A stretch of DNA of 64,000 bases. It comes from Bacteroidota bacterium (lineage in GTDB: Bacteria; Bacteroidota; Bacteroidia; Bacteroidales; ML635J-15). A model generated the notes under the pieces. The model had not been told where the DNA came from, made no database searches, and was given only the letters and a program-made list of their open reading frames with translations. The stretch is taken from positions 5,814-69,813 of the forward strand of contig JAKQPY010000075.1 in the NCBI GenBank assembly GCA_029564465.1. Direction: 5' to 3'. Each line of letters opens with the position of its first letter. Position 1 is the stretch's first letter. The position numbers and the translations under genes were made by a program. Shown in pieces: positions 20,520 through 29,560 of this stretch.

Positions 20520-21329
20520 TTATTTAATGACTAACTTTTCTAAATCTTCGGTTTTTCCGTTGAACACATCCACATCAACCTTGCTATTAATTCCATTTAC
20601 AATTCCACCATGGCTGAATTGCCAGAATTTCCATTCAGGGGCAACGTCTGCGGCATCGCCGGTTATGCGCAGGTACGAAATCCAAACCGTATATTTATTG
20701 AATCGGACATCGTTGCGAAAAAGGCTTTTGTACATACTGGGGAATGTATAGAGTATAGGTGTAACTCCGTAGTGTTTTTCGACGGTTTCGAGCCAGTTGA
20801 GCAGGCCGGTTTTCAGGCTGCTTGTATTCTGCACACGGCTGTAGGCTTCAATATCGAGCACAGGAGGCAGATCGCCGGGTAGTAAACTTACGGTTTTTAT
20901 AAAATTCTCAGCCTGAACTGCGGAGTTTTCGTCGGGGCGATAATAATGGTAAGCTCCCCGAATCAAGTCGTTACGACCAGCGGCATACCAATTGGTCACA
21001 AAATTCCGGTCAACACGGTCTTTCCCTGCGGTTGCCCTGATAAATACGAATTTCATTCCTTTTTCGGCAGCTACCTTTTTCCAGTCGATATTTTTCTGAT
21101 ACTCTGACACGTCGATGCCAAAAACGGTGTATTTCGAAAAGTGGGTAACGTACGATTGGAAACTATTGTCGCCCTTATATGGGTTTTCGACTGCGACAGG
21201 TGCCGTTACCTTTGCGAAAAATTTCAGATAAATAAGTCCTGCCGCAATAAATACAATGAGTGCAACAAAAACATAAAACAGGCTTTTGCCCTTTCCTTTT
21301 GTTTTGCGTGATCTACGACGGCGGGCCAT
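20520..21329 (-). CDS. Membrane-anchored glycoside hydrolase family 25 muramidase (lysozyme)
   Basis: N-terminal basic stretch plus a TM helix, then the GH25 signature 'GIDVSEYQKNIDWKKV...KFVFIRAT'. Confidence 0.83.
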   Translation of the reverse strand: MARRRRSRKTKGKGKSLFYVFVALIVFIAAGLIYLKFFAKVTAPVAVENPYKGDNSFQSYVTHFSKYTVFGIDVSEYQKNIDWKKVAAEKGMKFVFIRATAGKDRVDRNFVTNWYAAGRNDLIRGAYHYYRPDENSAVQAENFIKTVSLLPGDLPPVLDIEAYSRVQNTSSLKTGLLNWLETVEKHYGVTPILYTFPSMYKSLFRNDVRFNKYTVWISYLRITGDAADVAPEWKFWQFSHGGIVNGINSKVDVDVFNGKTEDLEKLVIK

Positions 21330-21333
21330 AGTA

Positions 21334-22314
21334 TTACCTGTTAATCAGGTATTCTGCAATTTGTACCGCATTGGTGGCTGCGCCTTTACGCAGGTTGTCC
21401 GACACTATCCACAGGTTTATGGCATTACAATTTGACAGGTCAGCCCTTATACGTCCTACAAAAACCTCATCTTTGTCTTCGGCATACAGAGGCATGGGAT
21501 AGAGATTTTCTGCAGGCTTATCCTGAACAATAATACCCGCTGTTTTTGATAATATTTCGCGAATGTTTGCCACATCGGGCTTATTTATGAATTCGATGTT
21601 TACACTTTCGGAATGTCCTCCTGCCACAGGAACGCGCACAACGGTTCCACTCAGTGCTAAATCGGGAATCCCCATTATTTTCCGGCTTTCGTTAAGGAGC
21701 TTCATTTCTTCGTCGGTATAATCGTTGGCCAGAAAATTTCCCCCATGCGGAATGCAGTTCATAAATATCTGATGAGGGTATGCGCAGCGGTTTTCGATGC
21801 CATTCCGCTCGTCGTTTATTTGTTTTACGCCTTTGTAGCCCGAGCCACTCACCGATTGGTAGGTTGAAACAATTACCCGTTTCAGCCCGAAGGCCAGATG
21901 CAGGGGATACAATACAGCCACCAGTTGTATGGTTGAGCAATTGGGGTTGGCAATAATCTGGGGGTCAAGGCTTAAGGTATGCCCATTGATTTCGGGTACA
22001 ACCAGCGGGATGTTTTCGTGCATCCGCCATGCCGATGAATTATCGATAACGGTACATCCCACATCAACAAAAGCCTGTGCCCATGCCAGTGAAATATCTT
22101 TTCCTGCCGAGAACAGGGCAATTTGAGGTTTACGGCTTAATGCCTCGGTAAAACCACACACGGTATAGTCCTTGCCGCAGAATTTTACGTTTTTCCCTTC
22201 CGAGCGCTCCGAAGCCACCGGAATAAGTTCGCTTACCGGAAATTTATGTTCTTCGAGAACCCTGAGCATTTTTTGCCCCACAAGGCCGGTGGCACCCACA
22301 ACAGCTACTTTCAT
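21334..22314 (-). CDS. asd: Aspartate-semialdehyde dehydrogenase
   Basis: 'MKVAVVGATGLVGQKM', the active-site region 'IANPNCSTIQLV', and 'VSTYQSVSGSG'. Confidence 0.93.
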   Translation of the reverse strand: MKVAVVGATGLVGQKMLRVLEEHKFPVSELIPVASERSEGKNVKFCGKDYTVCGFTEALSRKPQIALFSAGKDISLAWAQAFVDVGCTVIDNSSAWRMHENIPLVVPEINGHTLSLDPQIIANPNCSTIQLVAVLYPLHLAFGLKRVIVSTYQSVSGSGYKGVKQINDERNGIENRCAYPHQIFMNCIPHGGNFLANDYTDEEMKLLNESRKIMGIPDLALSGTVVRVPVAGGHSESVNIEFINKPDVANIREILSKTAGIIVQDKPAENLYPMPLYAEDKDEVFVGRIRADLSNCNAINLWIVSDNLRKGAATNAVQIAEYLINR

Positions 22315-22468
22315 TGGTTTATTGTTCAATAATTGTTTTATTAATCGCAAAAATAATCCGTTTAAATAATGCCGAAAGATACAAACAGAAATACTATGAA
22401 TGCAAAAATCAGAATGAAATTATTGACATCCGATTGTGATTGAAAAACTGAGATGCCTGAATCCGATT

Positions 22469-23083
22469 TTAGAACAGGCCGTGAAGTTCTGCATCAATTT
22501 TATTGATTACACCTCGCAAATCTTCCTGGACTCGGGTGAAGTCGGTATTGTCGACATCAACAATCAGCAACTTTCCATCCTTGTAATTGTTTACCCAGGC
22601 TTCGTAACGTTCGTTGAGGCGTTGCAGGTAATCGAGACGTATTGAGTTTTCGTATTTACGCCCGCGTTGCTGAATCTGCTGAACCAGTGTGGGGACCGAT
22701 GCCCTGAGATAAATGAGCAGATCGGGGGGTTGCACCAGCGAACTCATCAGGTTGAAGAGCGTAAAATAGTTATCGAAATCACGGGTGGTCATCAAACCCA
22801 TCGCGTGGAGGTTGGGAGCAAAAATAAATGCATCCTCGTATATCGTGCGGTCCTGAATTACCGTTTTCCCCGATTTGCGAATATCGAGTATCTGACTGAA
22901 ACGACTGTTGAGAAAATATATCTGCAGGTTGAACGACCATCGCTGCATATCTTCATAAAAATCGGTGAGATACGGATTGTCGTCAACTTCTTCGAAATGA
23001 GGCTGCCACGAATAGTGTTTTGCCAGTAATGTTGTCAGGGTAGTTTTTCCCGAACCGATATTTCCTGCTATAGCAATATGCAT
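22469..23083 (-). CDS. Deoxynucleoside kinase
   Basis: P-loop 'IAIAGNIGSGKTTL', 'QDRTIYED' and 'YLRASVPTLVQQIQQRGRKYE'. Confidence 0.9.
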   Translation of the reverse strand: MHIAIAGNIGSGKTTLTTLLAKHYSWQPHFEEVDDNPYLTDFYEDMQRWSFNLQIYFLNSRFSQILDIRKSGKTVIQDRTIYEDAFIFAPNLHAMGLMTTRDFDNYFTLFNLMSSLVQPPDLLIYLRASVPTLVQQIQQRGRKYENSIRLDYLQRLNERYEAWVNNYKDGKLLIVDVDNTDFTRVQEDLRGVINKIDAELHGLF

Positions 23084-23141
23084 ATCAATAGTTATTTTCT
23101 GAGTGTACTAAAATAGAATTTTTCGCCGGAACAACAATGCA

Positions 23142-23939
23142 TTAGTTTTCAACCACCGAATATATTTTTAAAATATTGTTGATAACTAAAAAAAGTCGAC
23201 TCCCGTTATATACTGCCTGTGAAAAGCCATTTTCTGGTAAATCAACTTGGCGCATAGTGCGATTTTTTAGATTGTAAATCACAAATTGTGCAGGAGTTAC
23301 CATATAGATATTTTCGCCGGAGGCATACATTGAATAAACTTCCGTAACAGGTAACGAAACCAAAAAACCCGCAAATTTATCGAAAACGAAAACATCGTTT
23401 TGCTCAAAATTCAGAAGCAGGTAATCGGTAAACTCCGATAAAATCACCCTTTTATCACTTAGCTTTTTCAATTCGATACTATTGCTTTCGCTGACTTTTT
23501 GAAGATTGCTGTCAAAATATTTTATCCGCCGGTCAGCGTTATCGTATACCCAAAAACCACCCTGTTGTGAACTGCAAACAGCCTGAACATCGGTGAGCCG
23601 TAAATCGGCCAATGAAACCGGGTCGCGCAGGGGTGTAAGTTTATTGTCGATAAAGACCACAAAGTCGAAGTCATCGTAAAAAACAGTTATTTTCAATGGA
23701 TTACTTACATCTGCCGAAGTAATGCCGCCCAGGTTGATATTGCTGTAAGAACTTTGTACCTGGTTCTTATTATTGATTTTGTACAGGGTAACACCATCAA
23801 TCAGGTATCGGGTTCCCAGTATATCGGTAACTACCCGGCCTTCTCTTATCATGCAGGTATCTTCGAGCTTCCACTGGGCAAAAACCGGCAAACCGCTAGC
23901 CCAAAGAAATAGTATAAAAATCAGATGTTTCATTCGCAA
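23142..23939 (-). CDS. Hypothetical exported protein
   Basis: Signal peptide 'MKHLIFILFLWASGLPVFAQ'. No recognisable motif. Confidence 0.55.
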   Translation of the reverse strand: MRMKHLIFILFLWASGLPVFAQWKLEDTCMIREGRVVTDILGTRYLIDGVTLYKINNKNQVQSSYSNINLGGITSADVSNPLKITVFYDDFDFVVFIDNKLTPLRDPVSLADLRLTDVQAVCSSQQGGFWVYDNADRRIKYFDSNLQKVSESNSIELKKLSDKRVILSEFTDYLLLNFEQNDVFVFDKFAGFLVSLPVTEVYSMYASGENIYMVTPAQFVIYNLKNRTMRQVDLPENGFSQAVYNGSRLFLVINNILKIYSVVEN

Positions 23940-24020
23940 TCAGCTTCAAAAACCAGTCCAACCTGAACCGTATGTGCAAAAGTAGCATTTTGATGGCCAA
24001 AAACAAATCAGAATTTCACA

Positions 24021-24062
24021 TAAAAAACCCCGGAACTGCTGAATCCCGGGGTAATTTTTTTT
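24021..24062 (-). terminator. Bidirectional-looking rho-independent terminator downstream of the Spy/CpxP-like gene
   Basis: ccccgg (24027-32) pairs with ccgggg (24045-50). It is flanked by A6 on one side and a T-run on the other. Confidence 0.6.
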
Positions 24063-24075
24063 TAAATATTGAACT

Positions 24076-24546
24076 TTATTTGGAATCTCCGTGTTTGCAG
24101 GGCTGTCCTTGCTTCGGCATATCGCCTTTATCTTTCTTATCGCAATGCTTTTTCATGTCTTTCTTCGAATCAAACTGCAAACGCTGTTCCGGAGTCAGCA
24201 GTTCCCTGATGCGCATATCGCCATGGGTTTTGTTTTTCATAATCTGCATTTTCAATGCCCCGATTTCTTCGATCTTTTTATCCACTTCTTTTTCGACGGG
24301 TTTATCTGCCAGCAGCAATTTGTCGAGCTCGGCCTTTTTGATTTCAAGGTCAGCTTTCAATTGCAGGTTTTGCTGTTTAACCTCGTTTCTTACTTTTTTT
24401 ATAGCACCCTGCTGATCAGGTGTTAATCCCTCGATGCGACATTCATGGGCCGGTTTCATGGCTTTGCCGCATTGTTCATGTTGTTGAGCCATCAACGAAG
24501 AGCTCAGCACTATCGCCATCATTAAAACAATCCATCTGATTTTCAT
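24076..24546 (-). CDS. Periplasmic Spy/CpxP-family chaperone / heavy-metal-sensor-like protein
   Basis: Signal peptide, two 'LTP(D/E)Q' motifs ('LTPDQQGAIKK', 'LTPEQRLQF'), and a charged helical protein. Confidence 0.7.
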   Translation of the reverse strand: MKIRWIVLMMAIVLSSSLMAQQHEQCGKAMKPAHECRIEGLTPDQQGAIKKVRNEVKQQNLQLKADLEIKKAELDKLLLADKPVEKEVDKKIEEIGALKMQIMKNKTHGDMRIRELLTPEQRLQFDSKKDMKKHCDKKDKGDMPKQGQPCKHGDSK

Positions 24547-24615
24547 TTTTCTTTACATTTTGGTTACATGCTTCTGACAGTTTCGGATTTAGTTAGTTTA
24601 ATCGGACTAAAAAAT

Positions 24616-24623
24616 TAATTTTG
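24616..24623 (+). promoter_or_regulatory. Candidate -7 box (TAATTTTG) for the antiporter gene
   Basis: Matches TAnnTTTG and ends 23 nt upstream of the ATG at 24647. Confidence 0.35.
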
Positions 24624-24646
24624 TTTGATTTGAAAAACACGGGACT

Positions 24647-25981
24647 ATGAATACAATTATTTATGCGGTGTTACTTATGGGCTTGCTTATTTTTTGTGCC
24701 CATTTGTTTAATGCTTTGTTTGCTAAAACTAAGATTCCCAATGTACTCTTATTGCTGATTATTGGAATTGCAGCCGGATTTTTTGTCAACCAGAAACAAT
24801 TTTTTGGTGAACTTGGCCGGGTTTTTACCACCATAACTCTGGTAGTGATAATCTTCGAAAGCGGGGTAAATCTGAAGTTCTCCGACCTGCGAAAAGCTAT
24901 TGGGCCTGCAAGCATGGTTACCTTGTTTAATTTTATTGCCAGCCTGATAATTGTTTCAACAATTACACATTTCTTCATGAATTTCGATTGGACATCGGCA
25001 ATTTTTATGGGGGCAGTGCTGGGCGGAACCTCATCGGCGGTGGTAATACCCATGCTGAAGCAAATGAAAATGAAGGAAAAAAGTAATAATGTGCTGTTGT
25101 TGGAGTCGGCGCTCAGCGATGTATTATGTCTGGTGGTTGGACTTGCAGCACTCGATGGTATGAAGGCAGGCTCGCTCGATGTTGGAAGCATTTTTAATTC
25201 GATGTGGCAATCGTTTGTTTTTGCAGCACTTATTGGAATCGCTGCCGGGTTTATCTGGACATTACTGCTGGGATTTGTCAGAAGTGCAAAAAATTCTATG
25301 TTTACCAGCCTGGCCTATTTATTTATTGTGTATGCAATTGTTGAACTGCTCGGGTGGAATGGTGGTATTGCCGCCCTTACACTTGGAATTATACTGGGTA
25401 ACTCCGGAACTTTCAGCGAATCGCGTGTAATCACAAAATACCTCAAAATACCGGTGGCAACTTTACGCGAAAACGAACTTTCTTTTTTCTCGGAGATTGT
25501 CTTTGTGCTACAAACCTATTTTTTCGTTTATGTAGGTATCAGCATTCAATTCAGTAGTTTTTCGACTTACCTGTATGGTTTATTGCTTGTAGCCCTGATT
25601 ATTCTGGTGCGACCTCTAGGAATTAAACTTTTTGCCAGTAAGGGTGTTGAGCGCAAAGAGAGAAGAATTATGTCGGTTATGACTCCCAAAGGTCTGGTGG
25701 CGGCAGTGCTTGCATCATTGCCATTGCAGGCCGGCTTGTCGGTCGGGGGAATAATTCAGGATCTGGGTTATGCCATCGTTTTGTTGAGCATTATTATCTG
25801 CAGCATTCTGGTAATGATTGCAGGCAGCCGTCCCGAAGTTATTTTCGGTGTCCTGGGCGATAGAATGCACCACCACAGATCATCCGGGGATGAACCCGCT
25901 ACCAGCGAAAACCCTTTGTTGGTTGATGAAAATATGACGGAAGAAGAAAATGAACCACAAATGAAATCGAATGAAAACTAA
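24647..25981 (+). CDS. Cation:proton antiporter (Na+/H+ exchanger family)
   Basis: 444-aa polytopic protein with CPA1-like motifs ('VVIIFESGVNL', 'LLLESALSDVL') and an acidic C-terminal tail. Confidence 0.83.
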   Translation: MNTIIYAVLLMGLLIFCAHLFNALFAKTKIPNVLLLLIIGIAAGFFVNQKQFFGELGRVFTTITLVVIIFESGVNLKFSDLRKAIGPASMVTLFNFIASLIIVSTITHFFMNFDWTSAIFMGAVLGGTSSAVVIPMLKQMKMKEKSNNVLLLESALSDVLCLVVGLAALDGMKAGSLDVGSIFNSMWQSFVFAALIGIAAGFIWTLLLGFVRSAKNSMFTSLAYLFIVYAIVELLGWNGGIAALTLGIILGNSGTFSESRVITKYLKIPVATLRENELSFFSEIVFVLQTYFFVYVGISIQFSSFSTYLYGLLLVALIILVRPLGIKLFASKGVERKERRIMSVMTPKGLVAAVLASLPLQAGLSVGGIIQDLGYAIVLLSIIICSILVMIAGSRPEVIFGVLGDRMHHHRSSGDEPATSENPLLVDENMTEEENEPQMKSNEN

Positions 25982-26411
25982 CACCTCCATTGTTTCTCTG
26001 GAAATAATCCCGCTCGAAAATGGTCTGCACATTGCAGTTAAATGTAAAGTGGTTCGCTACAATGCCTTGATGCTCATTGATACAGGGGCAAGTCAATCGG
26101 TTTTCGACATGGGTCATAAAGCATTTGCAAAACTCAATCTCACGAGAATTTCGGAACCGGTAAAATCGTCAGGGATAAACTCCGAGATCCACGACCTATT
26201 TACAGGTAATATCGACAGCTTTAGAATTGGTGAAATTCGAATCAGGAATATGCAGGCTTTGTTTATGCCGTTCAATCATATTAATTCGATGTATAAAGCA
26301 TTGAAATTAGAACCATTGGCAGGCATTCTCGGAGGTGATTTTCTGGAGTTTTATGAGGCTGAAATCAGCTATCGCAACAGCGAAATACACCTTAAGTTAA
26401 ATAAAGACTGA
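25971..26411 (+). CDS. Retropepsin-like (single-lobe) aspartic protease
   Basis: Catalytic 'MLIDTGASQSVF' (D-T-G-A), later 'GILGGDFL', 146 aa. Overlaps the antiporter stop by 11 nt. Confidence 0.65.
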   Translation: MKTNTSIVSLEIIPLENGLHIAVKCKVVRYNALMLIDTGASQSVFDMGHKAFAKLNLTRISEPVKSSGINSEIHDLFTGNIDSFRIGEIRIRNMQALFMPFNHINSMYKALKLEPLAGILGGDFLEFYEAEISYRNSEIHLKLNKD

Positions 26412-26438
26412 TGTTTGGGTATTTTTTAAAAAAAAGTC

Positions 26439-26446
26439 TATATTTG
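26439..26446 (+). promoter_or_regulatory. Candidate -7 box (TATATTTG) for secDF
   Basis: Matches TAnnTTTG, 48 nt upstream of the ATG at 26495. Confidence 0.35.
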
Positions 26447-26494
26447 CAGGCTAATAAAAAAAAGAAGTATTTAACGTTTTAAAAATTAAAAGAA

Positions 26495-29400
26495 ATGCGT
26501 AATAAAGGTGCAATTATTCTTGTTGCAGTATTGCTGTCGCTGGTTTGTCTCTATTATCTGTCTTTCAGTATCAGGTCGAATCAGATTTCAAATAAGGCAA
26601 CCAAGTATGCTGAGGCTAAGTTCAACGCCATGAATCTTAAGGTGGATGACCTGGAAAAATCGCATATCCTCGATTCTATCAAAAAGAGTTATCTGGATTC
26701 GCTGTCAGGCGAGAAGGTTTTCTGGATGTTTAAATCGTACACCTACAGCGAACTTCGCGAGCGCGAAATGGCATTGGGTCTTGACCTTAAAGGCGGGATG
26801 AACGTTACCATCGAGGTATCGGCGTCCGATATTATCAAAGCCCTGTCGAACAACAAAAACGATTCGCTGATGAATCAGGCCATTCAGATTGCCATTCAGC
26901 AACAGGTAGCCAGCAACGAAGGTTTTGTTAACCTGTTTGCCAAAGCCTACGCCGATGTTTCGAAAGGGAAATCGTTAGCCAATCTGTTTATCACAGCCGA
27001 CAATAAAGACAAAATTACGATTCAGTCGAGCAACGAGGAGGTGATTGCCTACCTTCGCGAAGAATACAGTGCAGCCATTGGCAATGCCAGCGAAGTTCTC
27101 CGCAAGCGTATCGACCATTTTGGCGTTGTTCAGCCCAATATTCAGGAAGATTTTGCCATAAAAGGCAGGTTCCACATCGAATTGCCCGGTATTAAAGATC
27201 CGGAACGTGTTCGAAAACTGCTGCAGGGAACCGCTTTGCTCGAATTCTGGGAAACCTTCGAGAACAAAGAGGTAGCTCCAAAACTTGAGCAAATCAACAA
27301 TTTGCTGAAGAAAACCAATATAGTTGCCGACCTCGATACCCTTGCAAAAACAACGGGAAGCGATACGGCAAAACCGGCAAATCAAAACCTGATTGTTGAT
27401 GAAAACATTATTGCTGACACCAACGCGAAACCGGCTCAGGCTGATACTGCAGCCAAAACTCCGGCAGTAGCTGAAGAAAATCCCCTCTTCGAACGTTTAA
27501 TTCCCAATGTGACCCAACAGGGAGAATTATTGCCGGGTCCGGTGGTTGGACGTGCACATATTAAGGATACAGCTAAGGTAAATGCTATATTTAATAACGA
27601 AAAGGTACACGAAATTCTGGGTGACGAAATTGTATTGTCATGGGCATTTAAACCTATGGAAAACTCTCCGGATTATTATGAACTTATCGCGCTGAAGCGT
27701 GATAGCAGAACCGGTGAGGCTGCCCTTGGCGGAGATGTGATTACCAATGCCCGTGAAGAATTTGGGCAGGGAAGTGCATACGCCGAAGTAACCATGTCGA
27801 TGGACAGCCGTGGTAGCAACGAATGGGCACGTATTACCCGTGTAAATAAAGGCAGAAGTATTGCCATTGTACTCGATGGATATGTATATTCTTATCCTAC
27901 TGTTCAAAACGAGATTAAAGGTGGAAGAAGTTCTATAACCGGAAACTTTACCATCAACGAGGCAAAAGACCTTGCTAACGTGCTGAAATCTGGTAAAATG
28001 CCGGCACCGGCTCATATTCTTTCCGAAGAAATTGTGGGTCCGTCCTTAGGTCAAAAAGCTGTAACATCAGGGCTGAACTCATTTATCATTGCATTTATTA
28101 TTGTGATGTTGTATATGATTGTTTATTACGGACGTCCCGGAATCACCGCCGACTTTGCCCTGCTTGCCAACCTGTTCTTTATTTTTGGTGTACTGGCTTC
28201 GTTTGGTGCGGTTCTTACCCTTCCGGGTATTGCGGGGGTAGTTCTAACTATTGGTATGTCAGTCGATGCGAACATCCTGATTTTTGAACGTATCCGGGAG
28301 GAACTCCGGGCCGGAAAGGCCTTGTCGCTGGCAGTAAAGGATGGTTACAAGAACGCGTATTCTGCAATTATCGATGCAAACATAACCACATTACTTATAG
28401 GTATTATCCTCTTCAATTTCGGGGTTGGTCCCATACAGGGTTTTGCTACTACGCTTATCATAGGTATTCTGGCCTCCTTGTTCTCGGCAATTTTTATCAC
28501 GCGTCTCATATTCGACAGCAAGGTGAAACGTGGTAAAAATATTGTTTTCGAAACAGGTCTCAGCAGAAATGCATTTAAAAACGTAAACATCCAATTCATT
28601 GCGAAGCGGAAAATATTCTATGTTATTTCAGGCATTCTGATTGTTATCTCTCTGGTTTCGCTGGCTACCCATGGTCTGAACCCCGGTATCGACTTTGCCG
28701 GTGGGCGTAATTATGTGGTGAAATTCGATAAAGCTGTTTCATCTGAAGAAATTGCCACAGCCTTAAAGCCTGTATTTAATGGAGAAACACCCGTGGTAAA
28801 AACTTTTGGAGGCAGCAATCAGGTTAAAATTTCAACTAAATATTTAGATCGAAAATCTGATGAATTGGTTGATTCGCTGCTTTACACAGGTCTTAAACCC
28901 ATGCTTCCTGCAGGCACCGATTTGCAGACATTCCTTGCCGACTATAAAATGAGTTCGCAGAAAGTGGGACCCGCCGTTGCCGACGACATCAAATCGAAAT
29001 CTGTTATTGCCATTGTACTGGCTCTGATAGTTATTTTCATCTATATCCTAATCCGATTTAAAAAATATCAATATTCGGTTGGTGCCGTTGCTTCATTGGT
29101 TCACGACGTGATAATTGTTCTTGGGGCATATTCGTTGTTCTATTCCATAATGCCATTCTCGCTTGAGATTGACCAGGCATTTATAGCGGCTATACTTACC
29201 GTGGTGGGATATTCAATCAACGATACGGTGGTTGTATTCGACCGCCTAAGGGAATATCTGGCTGAGTTCAAAAAACGTGACCGCAAAGAAGTAATGAACA
29301 CTGCCATCAACAGCACATTGAGCCGTACCATCGGGACCTCACTGACCACCCTGCTGGTGTTGCTTGCTATCTTTATCTTTGGTGGTGAAGTTATCCGGGG

Positions 29401-29530
29401 CTTTATATTTGCAATTTTGTTGGGTATTTTTGTGGGGACCTACTCCTCAATTTTCATTGCAACGCCCATTACTTATGAATTGATGAAAAGGAAGTCGAAA
29501 AGAGAAAAAAGACTTGAAGAAAAACAATAG
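26495..29530 (+). CDS. secDF: Protein translocase subunit SecDF (fused SecD-SecF)
   Basis: 1011 aa with 'LGLDLKGGMNVTIEV', 'GPSLGQ', two 6-TM bundles, and 'GYSINDTVVVFDRLRE'. Confidence 0.95.
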   Translation: MRNKGAIILVAVLLSLVCLYYLSFSIRSNQISNKATKYAEAKFNAMNLKVDDLEKSHILDSIKKSYLDSLSGEKVFWMFKSYTYSELREREMALGLDLKGGMNVTIEVSASDIIKALSNNKNDSLMNQAIQIAIQQQVASNEGFVNLFAKAYADVSKGKSLANLFITADNKDKITIQSSNEEVIAYLREEYSAAIGNASEVLRKRIDHFGVVQPNIQEDFAIKGRFHIELPGIKDPERVRKLLQGTALLEFWETFENKEVAPKLEQINNLLKKTNIVADLDTLAKTTGSDTAKPANQNLIVDENIIADTNAKPAQADTAAKTPAVAEENPLFERLIPNVTQQGELLPGPVVGRAHIKDTAKVNAIFNNEKVHEILGDEIVLSWAFKPMENSPDYYELIALKRDSRTGEAALGGDVITNAREEFGQGSAYAEVTMSMDSRGSNEWARITRVNKGRSIAIVLDGYVYSYPTVQNEIKGGRSSITGNFTINEAKDLANVLKSGKMPAPAHILSEEIVGPSLGQKAVTSGLNSFIIAFIIVMLYMIVYYGRPGITADFALLANLFFIFGVLASFGAVLTLPGIAGVVLTIGMSVDANILIFERIREELRAGKALSLAVKDGYKNAYSAIIDANITTLLIGIILFNFGVGPIQGFATTLIIGILASLFSAIFITRLIFDSKVKRGKNIVFETGLSRNAFKNVNIQFIAKRKIFYVISGILIVISLVSLATHGLNPGIDFAGGRNYVVKFDKAVSSEEIATALKPVFNGETPVVKTFGGSNQVKISTKYLDRKSDELVDSLLYTGLKPMLPAGTDLQTFLADYKMSSQKVGPAVADDIKSKSVIAIVLALIVIFIYILIRFKKYQYSVGAVASLVHDVIIVLGAYSLFYSIMPFSLEIDQAFIAAILTVVGYSINDTVVVFDRLREYLAEFKKRDRKEVMNTAINSTLSRTIGTSLTTLLVLLAIFIFGGEVIRGFIFAILLGIFVGTYSSIFIATPITYELMKRKSKREKRLEEKQ

Positions 29531-29536
29531 TTAAAG

Positions 29537-29560
29537 GAGGCCGTAAGGCCTCTTTTTTTT
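29537..29560 (+). terminator. Rho-independent terminator after secDF
   Basis: gaggcc (29537-42) pairs with ggcctc (29547-52), with loop gtaa and a T8 run. It overlaps the uvrC stop. Confidence 0.6.

Noticed and set aside
20520-21329. GH25 lysozyme as a prophage lysis gene.
   Set aside because: There are no holin, portal, terminase or integrase genes nearby. It is flanked by asd and a transporter, and the N-terminal membrane anchor fits a cellular muramidase.
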